From positions 928,001 through 992,000 of the forward strand of contig JBHYGA010000001.1 of NCBI GenBank assembly GCA_051859245.1: a stretch of 64,000 nt of DNA, read 5' to 3'. The notes under the pieces were generated by a model, which had not been told where the DNA came from, searched no databases, and saw only the letters and a list, made by a program, of their open reading frames with translations. The position numbers were made by a program, and so were the translations under genes. Positions 21,046 through 30,820 of this stretch are shown here, piece after piece (the first letter of the stretch is position 1; the number at the start of each line of letters is the position of its first letter). The DNA comes from Gemmatimonadaceae bacterium (GTDB lineage Bacteria; Gemmatimonadota; Gemmatimonadetes; Gemmatimonadales; Gemmatimonadaceae).

Positions 21046-22310
21046 GCTTCCTTCTTCTGGCGCTTGGGCGCGATCTCCAATAGCGGCGGTCCGCCTCGGG
21101 TGACCGATGCCTCGGTGACTTTCACTTCCACAATGTCATCACGACTTGGCAAGTCGAACATTGTTTCGAGCAGTGTTTCTTCGAGAATGGCGCGCAAACC
21201 ACGCGCACCGGTGCCGCGACGCAGCGCCTTCTCGGCAATCGCACGCAGCGCCGATTCTTCGAACGTGATTTTCACGTCTTCCAGATCGAACAAGCGCTGG
21301 TACTGACGCACCAAGGCGTTCTTCGGCTCCTTGAGAATCTGTACCAACGCCGTTTCGTCGAGCGCGTCGAGCGGGACGCACACCGGCATACGGCCTACGA
21401 GTTCCGGAATGATACCGTAGCGCAGCAAGTCTTCCGGCTCCACTTCAGAGAACGGCGACTTGGCGGTCTCGTTCACCACACCTTCGAGCGGCTCGAGCTC
21501 CGTCTTTTCCGGTCCACCAAATCCGATCTGCCGACGACCAACGCGCGCTTCGATGATCTTTTCCAGGCCATCAAACGCGCCGCCGCAAATGAACAGGATG
21601 TCCTTGGTGTTGATCTGAATGTATTCCTGCTGCGGGTGCTTGCGACCACCCTGCGGCGGCACGGATGCAACAGTGCCTTCGAGGATTTTCAGCAGCGCCT
21701 GCTGCACACCTTCGCCCGACACATCACGCGTGATACTCGGGTTCTCCGATTTGCGCGCGATCTTGTCGATTTCGTCGATGTATACAATGCCGCGTTCGCA
21801 TTCGGCCACGTTGAAATCGCCGGCCTGCAACAAACGTACAAGAATGTTTTCGACGTCTTCGCCAACGTAGCCCGCTTCGGTGAGCGTGGTCGCGTCGGCA
21901 ATCGTGAACGGCACATCGAGAATACGCGCCAGCGTCTGCGCGAGCAGTGTTTTGCCAACACCGGTCGGACCAATAAGCAGGATATTCGACTTGTCGAGCT
22001 CGACATCATCTTCGCGCGCATTGGCGGCCGCGTTGATGCGCTTGTAGTGGTTGTACACGGCCACTGACAGCGCCTTCTTGGCCCGTTCCTGTCCGATCAC
22101 GTACTGATCCAGCGTCGCCTTGATTTCGCGAGGCGACGGGACCTGCGTGATCGCTTCCGTTACCTCACGCTCCTCATCTTCGGCCAGGATCTCATTGCAG
22201 AGCGCGATGCACTCATTGCAAATGTAGACCGACGGCCCGGAAATGAACTTCCGGACGGCGTCCTTGGACTTTCCGCAGAATGAGCAGCGCAGATGCTTGT
22301 CTTGGGACAT
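21042..22310 (-). CDS. clpX: ATP-dependent Clp protease ATP-binding subunit
   Basis: CSFCGK..C..C zinc finger, [25 protein letters not shown] and IGF loop. Confidence 0.98.
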   Translation of the reverse strand: MSQDKHLRCSFCGKSKDAVRKFISGPSVYICNECIALCNEILAEDEEREVTEAITQVPSPREIKATLDQYVIGQERAKKALSVAVYNHYKRINAAANAREDDVELDKSNILLIGPTGVGKTLLAQTLARILDVPFTIADATTLTEAGYVGEDVENILVRLLQAGDFNVAECERGIVYIDEIDKIARKSENPSITRDVSGEGVQQALLKILEGTVASVPPQGGRKHPQQEYIQINTKDILFICGGAFDGLEKIIEARVGRRQIGFGGPEKTELEPLEGVVNETAKSPFSEVEPEDLLRYGIIPELVGRMPVCVPLDALDETALVQILKEPKNALVRQYQRLFDLEDVKITFEESALRAIAEKALRRGTGARGLRAILEETLLETMFDLPSRDDIVEVKVTEASVTRGGPPLLEIAPKRQKKEA

Positions 22311-22463
22311 GTCGGCGAGCAGGGGGACGGGAAACGGGGAAGACCCCGGGTAGCTATATGAACTAACCCGAAGTCGGCCGAAGGGTCAAGCTGACGGGCG
22401 GTTCTTGCTTCATTCGGACTTAGTCTCGGCGGGAGGCGAGGAAATCTGGAGGGTCAGCGGCAG

Positions 22464-22682
22464 TTCCTGATTCGGTCTTTCGGCCCAGTTGCGGGAGCCC
22501 AAGGCCATTTGGCCTTTCGGCCTCACCGTTTCGAAACGTGCACAAGGCTGAGATGCCGGGCGGTTCCGTAACGACACCTAACAGCCGGAGATGGGTGCTC
22601 CGTGCAGCCTTTCGAAAATGAGAGGCCGAAAGGCCAAATGGCCTTGGGCTCCCGCAACTGGGCCGAATGACCGAATCGGGAA
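22464..22682. repeat. Long imperfect palindrome (element A): ~73-bp arms around a ~73-nt spacer
   Basis: 22464-22536 (ttcctgattcggtctttcggcccagttgcgggagcccaaggccatttggcctttcggcctcaccgtttcgaaa) is the reverse complement of 22610-22682 with 5 differences, aligned by hand. Confidence 0.95.
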
Positions 22683-22758
22683 ACGCAACGGCGTGGAGGT
22701 GATGCTGGGTCGAGGGAAATGGTGATGGACACGCGGGATAGGTGTGCAATCCTGACCA

Positions 22759-23142
22759 ATGCGCGACTTCAGGCGGCTCTATGTGTGGCAGCAGGCGCAT
22801 GCGCTCACGTTGGCGGTGTATGCGGCGTCCTCCGACGTTCCGAGGACTGGATACCCAGGGCTCGTCACGCAGCTCCGACGAGCTGCGGCAGCGATTCCCA
22901 CGAATATCGCAGAAGGGTGCGGACACAGCTCAAGAAAGGAGTTCGCGCGCTTCCTGCAGGTCGCGGTGGCCTCGTCGGTCGAGACGGAGTATCACCTGCA
23001 ACTGTGCCATGACCTCGGCGTCATGGAAGCCGCGGCGTCCTCAAAGCTCATCGCCGACACCAACCGGGTCCGTCGCCAGATCGCTTCCCTCCTCGCCAAA
23101 GTCCGCGACGAACTCCCAAACTCGCCCCCGCGTGCCGTCTGA
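22759..23142 (+). CDS. Four helix bundle protein (23S rRNA intervening-sequence protein / Avd-like family)
   Basis: Signature F..L.VWQ.A..L, LVTQLRRAAAAIPTNIAEGCG, FARFL.VA..S..E..YHL.L..DLG; 127 aa. Confidence 0.93.
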   Translation: MRDFRRLYVWQQAHALTLAVYAASSDVPRTGYPGLVTQLRRAAAAIPTNIAEGCGHSSRKEFARFLQVAVASSVETEYHLQLCHDLGVMEAAASSKLIADTNRVRRQIASLLAKVRDELPNSPPRAV

Positions 23143-23362
23143 TTCGGTCATTCGGCCCAGTAGGCGGAGCCCATGGCCATTCGGCCTTTCGGCCTCCCGT
23201 TTTCGCAAGGCCGCACAGAGCACCAACACTGGGCTGGTCTCCGCGCCGATCAAACTGTAACCACCCGGCATTCGAGCTCGGTGCGAGCTTGCGAAAACGG
23301 GAGGCCGAAAGGCCAAATGGCCGTGGGCTCCTTCCACAACGGCCGAATGGACGAATCAGGAA
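23139..23362. repeat. Long imperfect palindrome (element B), an inverted copy of element A
   Basis: 23139-23209 pairs with 23288-23359; the reverse complement of B aligns with A over the arms and over the spacer (atgccgggYggtt; cagcc...ggtgctcYgtgcRgcctt). Confidence 0.93.
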
Positions 23363-23396
23363 AAGCAAAACGGCGGGCGCGTGAGCGCCCGCCGTT
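23361..23396 (-). terminator. Intrinsic terminator after clpP
   Basis: aacggcgggcgc-gtga-gcgcccgccgtt 12-bp stem (23369-23396); on the minus strand it runs into TTTTGCTTTT. Confidence 0.85.
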
Positions 23397-23417
23397 CCAA
23401 ACTCGAACAGAGAAAAA

Positions 23418-24044
23418 CTAGTTCTTCGCCGCCGCTGCTGCTGCGACCAGCTCAGCATCCGTGGCGATCACATTATCAATCAGGCCGTACACCTTAGCCT
23501 CTTCCGCCGACAGGAACCGATCGCGGTCCGTATCCCGCTCGATCTGCTCCACCGGCCGGCCCGTGTGCTTGGCCATCAACTCATTCATCTTCGCGCGGAG
23601 ATACAGGATCTCGCGCGCCTGAATCTCAATATCCGATGCCGAGCCACCGCCGCCGTTCTGTGACGGCTGGTGAATCATCACGCGGGCGTGCGGCAGTGCC
23701 GCGCGCTTGCCGGGCTCGCCGGCGCAGAGGAGAAACGCTCCCATGCTGGCGGCCATTCCCATGCACGTGGTGTGCACGGGCGACTTGATGAACTGCATCG
23801 TGTCGTAGATCGCCATGCCGGCCGAAACGCTGCCGCCGGGCGAGTTGATGTACAGGTTGATGGGCTTGTCCGGGTTGTCGGCGTACAGGAACAGCAACTG
23901 CGCGATGATCACATTGGCCACATCGTCATTCACCGGCGTGCCGAGAAAGACAATGCGGTCCATGAGCAACCGCGAGAAGATGTCGTACGACCGCTCACCG
24001 CGGGACGAGCGTTCAATGATGTACGGCGTGTAAATCGTGGGCAT
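23418..24044 (-). CDS. clpP: ATP-dependent Clp protease proteolytic subunit
   Basis: [18 protein letters not shown], catalytic Ser in AASMG, IHQP and DRDRF. Confidence 0.97.
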   Translation of the reverse strand: MPTIYTPYIIERSSRGERSYDIFSRLLMDRIVFLGTPVNDDVANVIIAQLLFLYADNPDKPINLYINSPGGSVSAGMAIYDTMQFIKSPVHTTCMGMAASMGAFLLCAGEPGKRAALPHARVMIHQPSQNGGGGSASDIEIQAREILYLRAKMNELMAKHTGRPVEQIERDTDRDRFLSAEEAKVYGLIDNVIATDAELVAAAAAAKN

Positions 24045-24069
24045 GGTTTGCTCTTGAGACTGGTGCGGG

Positions 24070-25314
24070 TCAGCCCGCAGTCACGGTATTGCGTTCGAGG
24101 AGCCAGGTGAACACACGTTCTTCGGTCAGCTCACGTTCAATTTCCGGGAGCCGCCCACCCTTCTGGAGCTGCGCGTACACCTGGCCCGGATCGACGTTCC
24201 GGGCCTTCGCGAGCTCTTCGATCTTCGCATCAATATCCGATTCCGTCGCCTTCAGTGATTCACGTTCGGCCAACGTATCAATGATCACGTCGCGCTGCAC
24301 CTGACGCGCGGCCATCGGGCGGAACTCTTCCGCAAAACGGCTCAGTTCTTCTTCCGGGATCTGATACATCCGACCATACCCTTCAATCAACTGACGCACC
24401 CACGCGTCGGGCACCTCAAACGGATTGGCGTCAATCACCTGCTCGATGAGTTTGGCGCGCACTTCTGCATCGGCTTCACGCTTGAAGTGCGCGCTCATGT
24501 CCACGCGCACACCTTCGGTCAACGCTGCGACCGAGTCGAAATCACCGACTTCGCGTGCAAAGGCATCATCGAGCTCGGGCAGCAGCTTGCGCTTCACATC
24601 CGTCAGCGTCACGCGCGTCATTTTCGACACGCCCTGCTGCGTTTCGTCAGGGAAGTCATCGGGCCACTTGACCGGACGCTCCACCGTTTCGCCCGGTGCC
24701 GCTTCCATGATGAGTTCTTCAATGCCTGGAATGGCCTGACCACCGCCGAGTGTAATGCGATACTCGCGGCTCTCCGGCATCGTGCCGTCCGCGTCGGCGG
24801 TAGAGAGCTGCACCGTGACCATGTCACCCGGCAGCGCCTTCTCGTTCACCGGCGTCCACGTGGCCTTCTGCTCACGCAGGCGATCGATCTGTTCGGTGAC
24901 CGCGTCGTCGGTGACCGCGGGCTCCGTGCGGGTGACCGTGAAGCCTTCCACCTGGCTGAGCACCACGTCCGGGCGCACTTCAAAGTGCAACTCAAACGTG
25001 AGGTCCGTGCCGGGCTCAAACTTGAGGTCGTGCACGTGCGGCTGCGCCGCCAGCTTGAGCGTCTCGTCGGAGATCACCTGCTTGAATGCGTCGTTTACGA
25101 TCGTCTCGATCGCTTCCTGACGGATCGCTTCCGCAAACTTTTTGCGAACGACTGCGGCGGGCGCCTTGCCCTGACGGAAGCCCGGCATGCGGACTTTGGT
25201 GGCGTATTTCTTGGCAGCCTTGTCTTCGGCGGCCGACACGGCATCAGCGGGAACCGCGACCTGCAAGCGGCGCTGGACTCCCGTGGATTCAGTCGGCGTA
25301 ATGGTGATTGTCAT
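24070..25314 (-). CDS. tig: Trigger factor
   Basis: Ribosome-binding [13 protein letters not shown]-like middle domain and PELDDAFA; upstream of clpP. Confidence 0.95.
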   Translation of the reverse strand: MTITITPTESTGVQRRLQVAVPADAVSAAEDKAAKKYATKVRMPGFRQGKAPAAVVRKKFAEAIRQEAIETIVNDAFKQVISDETLKLAAQPHVHDLKFEPGTDLTFELHFEVRPDVVLSQVEGFTVTRTEPAVTDDAVTEQIDRLREQKATWTPVNEKALPGDMVTVQLSTADADGTMPESREYRITLGGGQAIPGIEELIMEAAPGETVERPVKWPDDFPDETQQGVSKMTRVTLTDVKRKLLPELDDAFAREVGDFDSVAALTEGVRVDMSAHFKREADAEVRAKLIEQVIDANPFEVPDAWVRQLIEGYGRMYQIPEEELSRFAEEFRPMAARQVQRDVIIDTLAERESLKATESDIDAKIEELAKARNVDPGQVYAQLQKGGRLPEIERELTEERVFTWLLERNTVTAG

Positions 25315-25357
25315 GATTCGGAAATGGACGCAGGGAAGGGTGAATCTTTAAAGATAG

Positions 25358-26884
25358 TCAGGGCGCCCGTGCGGCCACAGGCTCCGGACGCACCACCCGA
25401 CGCCCGCTGCGCCCGGGGGCGGCCCCGATCGTGTCGGCCACGATCTTGCCCGAGCTGATCACGCCCGGCAGCCCTGCGCCCGGATGCGTCCCCGCGCCGG
25501 CAAAATACAAGTTCGGGATGTCCCGATCCTTGTTGTGTGGACGCCAGTAGGCCGACTGGAACAGCGTTGGCTGTACTGAGAAGGCGCTGCCGAGGTAACT
25601 GTTGAGCGTGTCACGGAAATAGCGTGGATCCACGCGACTCTCCGATACCACATGCTGCCGCAGGTCCGGGAGATAACGTTCTTCCAGATACTCCATGATG
25701 CGATCGCGGTATCGCTGCCCGACTTTTTCCCAGTCCACATCGCCGCCAAGATGCGGCACAGGCGAGAGCACATACCAGCAATCGTGCCCTGGCGGCGCCA
25801 GCGAGGGATCGGTGGCACTCGGTCGGTGCAGGTACAACGAAAAATCATCGGCGAGCAGTTTGCGTTCGAAAATGTCTTCAAGCAGTTGCTTGTACCGCGG
25901 CCCCATGATGATCTCGTGGTGTGCCACGTTCTCGTACTTGCGAGTGGTGCCAAAGTAGATCACGAACAGCGACATGGAGTAGTCATAACTCTCCAGCTTC
26001 TTGTTCGTCATGCGGGGACGCGCCCACGCTGGCACCAGCTGGCGATACGTCTGGGCAACGTCACCGTTTGATACCACCGCGTCGGCAGTCAGTACTTCGC
26101 CACCAGCCAGCGTAATGCCGGTGGTGCGCTTGGTATTGCGATCCACGTTGATGGCCGTGACTTCACTCTCGTAGCGAATCGTGCCGCCGATATCGGCGAA
26201 GAGTCGCACCAGCGCCTTCACGAGTGCGCCGGTTCCGCCCATGGCAAACCACACGCCCCACTCGCGCTCCAGTGTATGAATGAGCGCGTAAATGGACGAC
26301 GACGAAAACGGATTGCCACCAACCAGCAGCGGATGAAAACTGAACACCTGACGCAGGCGATCGTCCTTGACGAACTGCGAGGTGTACGCCGCCACGCTGC
26401 GGTCGGCGCGAAGTCGTACGAGATCTGGCAGCACCTTGAGCATCGACGTGTATGTGGGGAATGGCTTGTCGATCAGTGCCATACCCGTCTTGAAAATGTC
26501 CGCCGTACGCGTCACGAACTTTTCATAGCCGGCCACGTCGTCCGCGTTGAACCGCGCGACTTCGCTGCGAAGATGTTCAGGGTTGCCGTTGTAATGAAAC
26601 ACGCTGCCGTCTTCGAACCGGATGTTGTAAAACGGATCAAGCAACTTGAGCTCGATGTAATCTTCCGTTTTCACACCGCACAGTTCAAAGAGATCGTGCA
26701 AGAGCCACGGCGCCGTGATAATCGTGGGCCCCGCATCGAACGTGAATCCATCGCGTTCGAACACGTACGCACGTCCACCTGGCTTGTCGAGTTTCTCGAC
26801 AATCGTGACGTCATGCCCCTGAGCCTGCAATCGAATCGCGGCCGCTAAACCACCAAAGCCACTGCCAATGACGAGGATGCGCAT
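25358..26884 (-). CDS. crtI: Phytoene desaturase
   Basis: GSGFGGLA FAD motif, GGRA, FDAGPT, HPLLVGGNPF and GAGTHPGAGLPGV. Confidence 0.95.
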   Translation of the reverse strand: MRILVIGSGFGGLAAAIRLQAQGHDVTIVEKLDKPGGRAYVFERDGFTFDAGPTIITAPWLLHDLFELCGVKTEDYIELKLLDPFYNIRFEDGSVFHYNGNPEHLRSEVARFNADDVAGYEKFVTRTADIFKTGMALIDKPFPTYTSMLKVLPDLVRLRADRSVAAYTSQFVKDDRLRQVFSFHPLLVGGNPFSSSSIYALIHTLEREWGVWFAMGGTGALVKALVRLFADIGGTIRYESEVTAINVDRNTKRTTGITLAGGEVLTADAVVSNGDVAQTYRQLVPAWARPRMTNKKLESYDYSMSLFVIYFGTTRKYENVAHHEIIMGPRYKQLLEDIFERKLLADDFSLYLHRPSATDPSLAPPGHDCWYVLSPVPHLGGDVDWEKVGQRYRDRIMEYLEERYLPDLRQHVVSESRVDPRYFRDTLNSYLGSAFSVQPTLFQSAYWRPHNKDRDIPNLYFAGAGTHPGAGLPGVISSGKIVADTIGAAPGRSGRRVVRPEPVAARAP

Positions 26885-26912
26885 GTCTCGCTAATGCTGA
26901 GGACACCACAGG

Positions 26913-27182
26913 CTACCGACGTGAGATCAGCGTCAGATGCCAGATGTGGAAAACGAGCGCCGACGTCAGCGCGATGATGAACACCAGTGACGGGTTGGCC
27001 AGTGCCCGGATCGCGTACAGCGCGACAACGAACGCCAGGCCGGCGCCAAGAAATGAGCAGACCGCCAGCGGTCTGGGGCCACGTCCCGTGCGTGCATGAT
27101 ACGCCACCAGGACGGCTGCTTCGCAGATGATTGCCACCATCACCAGCTGCAGGAACAGCGGCGACTCGACGAACGCAATCAT
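26913..27182 (-). CDS. Small membrane protein (about 3 TM) in the carotenoid operon
   Basis: Three hydrophobic segments with an RTGRG loop; lies between cruF and crtI on the same strand; start 27182 or 27191. Confidence 0.7.
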   Translation of the reverse strand: MIAFVESPLFLQLVMVAIICEAAVLVAYHARTGRGPRPLAVCSFLGAGLAFVVALYAIRALANPSLVFIIALTSALVFHIWHLTLISRR

Positions 27183-27251
27183 GCTGCGCATGCGATGCTC
27201 ACGGGCACATCGGGAAACACGATGGCGAGCGAACCAACGCTCGCCCGATCG

Positions 27252-28226
27252 TCAGTCGCCGGCCATGGCAACGTCGCGCACACCGACACCGCTGCGTGAC
27301 GCGCGCGCATCGTTCGCCACGGGGGAGCCCGCACGCCACGCGAGTCCGAGCGGTACAGCCATCGCAATAAAGCCGAGAATGCCCGCCCATGGCATATCCT
27401 GCCGCAAGCAGATCGCGATCGGCAGCAATCCATTCACGCCGTACAACACGAGCGGAAACTTGCTCGGCGCGACATTCCGCGCCCAGACGCTGGGCGGAAC
27501 AATCGCCAACATCAAACGCGCCACGATGATGCCGGTGAGCAACCAGCCCATCCAGTTCGTGAGCGGCATGCCATAGAACATTTCGCGACCAATGAACTGC
27601 GAGAAGGCCGACGCATTGCTCAGATCAGGGATGTCCCAGATCCAGTGCTGCGTTTTGACCATTGCCGGATCCATCGACACATCCCACGCCGTGAGTACGA
27701 GGCCTGCCATGAGCGCCCAGTACCAGCGGGACGTGCTATCGTCCTTCGCCTGCAACAGTCGTCCGCAGATCGCGAGCGACGCGTACAGCATGAAGAACCA
27801 GCTCGTGGGGATGTTGAACGGCACGAGATCAAGGATCTTGTACCCGAGCAGCGACGTGTATCCGTACACGCCAAACGGCAGACCCGTGGACGTGCCGAGC
27901 AACTCCGAACCGAGCGAAACGACGAAGCTCACGCCAAAAATCGTGAGCGCGCGACGCGATCCAAGTTTGCCCATCGCGTGCAAAATGCCCGCGAGCGCAC
28001 CGGCGACAACGGTGGTCTGTCCGCCCCACGCGTAGCCGATCGAATACACTTTCATATTCGTGGGCGTGTTCAGCCACGCCGGCAACGGCGGCGACAGGAA
28101 CGTGGCGAACGCGAACGCGGAGAACGCGCTCATCACGGCATGGATGCCCAGAAAAATGAGCGCCACGCGCAACAGGCCCGCAGACTGATCCTGCTCAGCA
28201 GATGTAGTAGAAGACAACGCAGTCAT
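27252..28226 (-). CDS. cruF: Carotenoid biosynthesis protein, CruF-type 1,2-hydratase
   Basis: SELLGTSTGLPFGVYGYT..LG, VP..IP.SW, AWDVSMDPAM and GMPLTNWMGW; located between crtB and crtI. Confidence 0.8.
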   Translation of the reverse strand: MTALSSTTSAEQDQSAGLLRVALIFLGIHAVMSAFSAFAFATFLSPPLPAWLNTPTNMKVYSIGYAWGGQTTVVAGALAGILHAMGKLGSRRALTIFGVSFVVSLGSELLGTSTGLPFGVYGYTSLLGYKILDLVPFNIPTSWFFMLYASLAICGRLLQAKDDSTSRWYWALMAGLVLTAWDVSMDPAMVKTQHWIWDIPDLSNASAFSQFIGREMFYGMPLTNWMGWLLTGIIVARLMLAIVPPSVWARNVAPSKFPLVLYGVNGLLPIAICLRQDMPWAGILGFIAMAVPLGLAWRAGSPVANDARASRSGVGVRDVAMAGD

Positions 28227-28250
28227 AAGAAAGCAGAGAGGTCGGTGCGC

Positions 28251-29348
<1,098 letters not shown>

Positions 29349-29520
29349 GCCATACGTAGAAAGTCCGGGATCGTGTATCGCCAAGGGGAGGCATCTGGTG
29401 AAAGACGTCGCCCGAACTGCGGAGCGGCTCTTAACTGCAAGTGAACGCATTGCCCGGGAACCCGTTCCCGAACGCAGAGCACAAATCAGCCAGCACTACA
29501 GTGCCGCGTCGAGACGCCAC

Positions 29521-29538
29521 TGTCAACCGCGATTGACA
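29521..29538. promoter_or_regulatory. PpsR/CrtJ-type operator TGT-N12-ACA, overlapping a TTGACA -35 facing crtB
   Basis: TGTCAA-ccgcga-TTGACA, with perfectly palindromic 6-bp arms, in the crtB upstream intergenic region. Confidence 0.6.
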
Positions 29539-29612
29539 CTTTGGGGACGGATTCCACAGAGGATCAAGGATGACCCCTAGCACCTCGGCGAGCGCCTTCT
29601 ATACTCCGCTCT

Positions 29613-30791
29613 GTGATTTCAACCATCCTCGATCCCGTCGCCACCCGCGCACTCGCGCCTGAACTTGCCACCTCGCGTAGCCCGGACCTCTGGGTCTACC
29701 GATACCAGGAGCCCACGCACGGTTGGGTGCTGAGCGTTGCCACACACGCCGCGCCTGGCAGTGGACACCTTTCGCTCGGCGGCTTTCGCATTGCGCCCGC
29801 CGAACGCATGGCGTCTCCCGGATTCACCCCCGAACGTGAATCGATAGCGCTGGCGATCGGTATGGAGGAGAAGGTCTGGTGGTCGCGGGTGACCGGAATT
29901 GGTGGGCCGCTCGCCAAGCACCAACTCGCCCGAATCGTTGGCGGCAAATGTGTCCTCGCGCCAACACCGGGATCACGCGTGGGCGAGCCACTCGACACCG
30001 CGCTGCTCGATTTTGCGGTGGCCGCATTTCACGACATTGAATCCACCGCTGGTATTCATCTGATCACCGGACAGGACCTCGGTCACGGCACGATGACCAC
30101 CGGTGAGAGTTCGTTGTCGTATCTGAACGAGCGGTACCGTGGCAGCGTGCAGGCCAACACCGCGGTTCCCACCGGCGAGGGCAATGTGCAGCTACTGCTC
30201 GGCATGCTGCGCGGTATCGGGCGTGACGTGCAACACGCTACGATCGGGCTCGTGGGGTGCGGTAACATTGGCATGCACGTGCTCGGTCGGCTGCGGGCGC
30301 TCGGTGCGAGCGTCATTGTACTCGAATCCAATGCGGACCGACGCACACAGCTGAGCGAACAGGGCATTCGTTGCTGGGCGCCCGCGCAGCGCGCCGACTT
30401 TCTCGCGCAACCGGTCGACGCGATTGTGGTGAATGCGTTGGGTGGATCACTCGACGCGACGGCGGTTGCAGCGTGCGTGGCCAATCCAAGACTCGCGGTG
30501 ATCTGCGGCAGTGAAAACCTGGTAATGCCGGACGCATCACAAGCGCTCGTGCTGCAGCGCGCGGGCAAGATCTACGCGCCCACTGAACTCGGTGGCATGG
30601 TGGGTTACCTCACCGCGGTTGAGGAGTACCTGGCCAAGCAGTCCGGCCGCGCGTTTGCAGAAGAAGACTTGTTTGATGCGGCGCAGGAGCTTGAACTCGT
30701 GGGCTACGAAGCCACGCGACGCGTGCTCGACTCACACGGCGCACTATCGTTCGAAGACGCGGTCGTAACGCTGCATCCGGTGGTGAAGTAG
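29613..30791 (+). CDS. Divergent Glu/Leu/Phe/Val dehydrogenase-like protein
   Basis: Family-like motifs GGFRI, GMEEK, GGKCVL, TGQDLG, NAD-binding GCGNIG, NALGG and YAP. Confidence 0.7.
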   Translation: MISTILDPVATRALAPELATSRSPDLWVYRYQEPTHGWVLSVATHAAPGSGHLSLGGFRIAPAERMASPGFTPERESIALAIGMEEKVWWSRVTGIGGPLAKHQLARIVGGKCVLAPTPGSRVGEPLDTALLDFAVAAFHDIESTAGIHLITGQDLGHGTMTTGESSLSYLNERYRGSVQANTAVPTGEGNVQLLLGMLRGIGRDVQHATIGLVGCGNIGMHVLGRLRALGASVIVLESNADRRTQLSEQGIRCWAPAQRADFLAQPVDAIVVNALGGSLDATAVAACVANPRLAVICGSENLVMPDASQALVLQRAGKIYAPTELGGMVGYLTAVEEYLAKQSGRAFAEEDLFDAAQELELVGYEATRRVLDSHGALSFEDAVVTLHPVVK

Positions 30792-30820
30792 CGCGTTACT
30801 CGGACGCGACAGCAACCTGA

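Larger units (their letters stand above)
22464..23362. mobile_element. Putative non-autonomous cassette: four-helix-bundle gene between two inverted hairpin elements, inserted between clpP and clpX
   Basis: Outer ends TTCCTGATTCG ... CGAATCAGGAA are perfect 11-bp inverted repeats; interrupts the usually contiguous clpP-clpX pair; no transposase and no obvious target-site duplication. Confidence 0.5.

Noticed and set aside
22464..23362. CRISPR array or DGR interpretation of the repeats
   Set aside because: The repeats are long and inverted rather than direct with unique spacers; no cas genes, reverse transcriptase or adenine-specific TR/VR pair were seen in the window.
22455..23372. Target-site duplication around the cassette
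   Set aside because: The flanks (cagcggcag | aagcaaaac) show no convincing direct repeat.
22420..23458. ORFs 22420-22926(-), 22742-23260(+) and 23048-23458(-) sharing SPxPFGLSAS.FRK and AERPNG peptides
   Set aside because: The shared peptides are translations of the DNA palindromes; the recognisable protein is 22759-23142(+).
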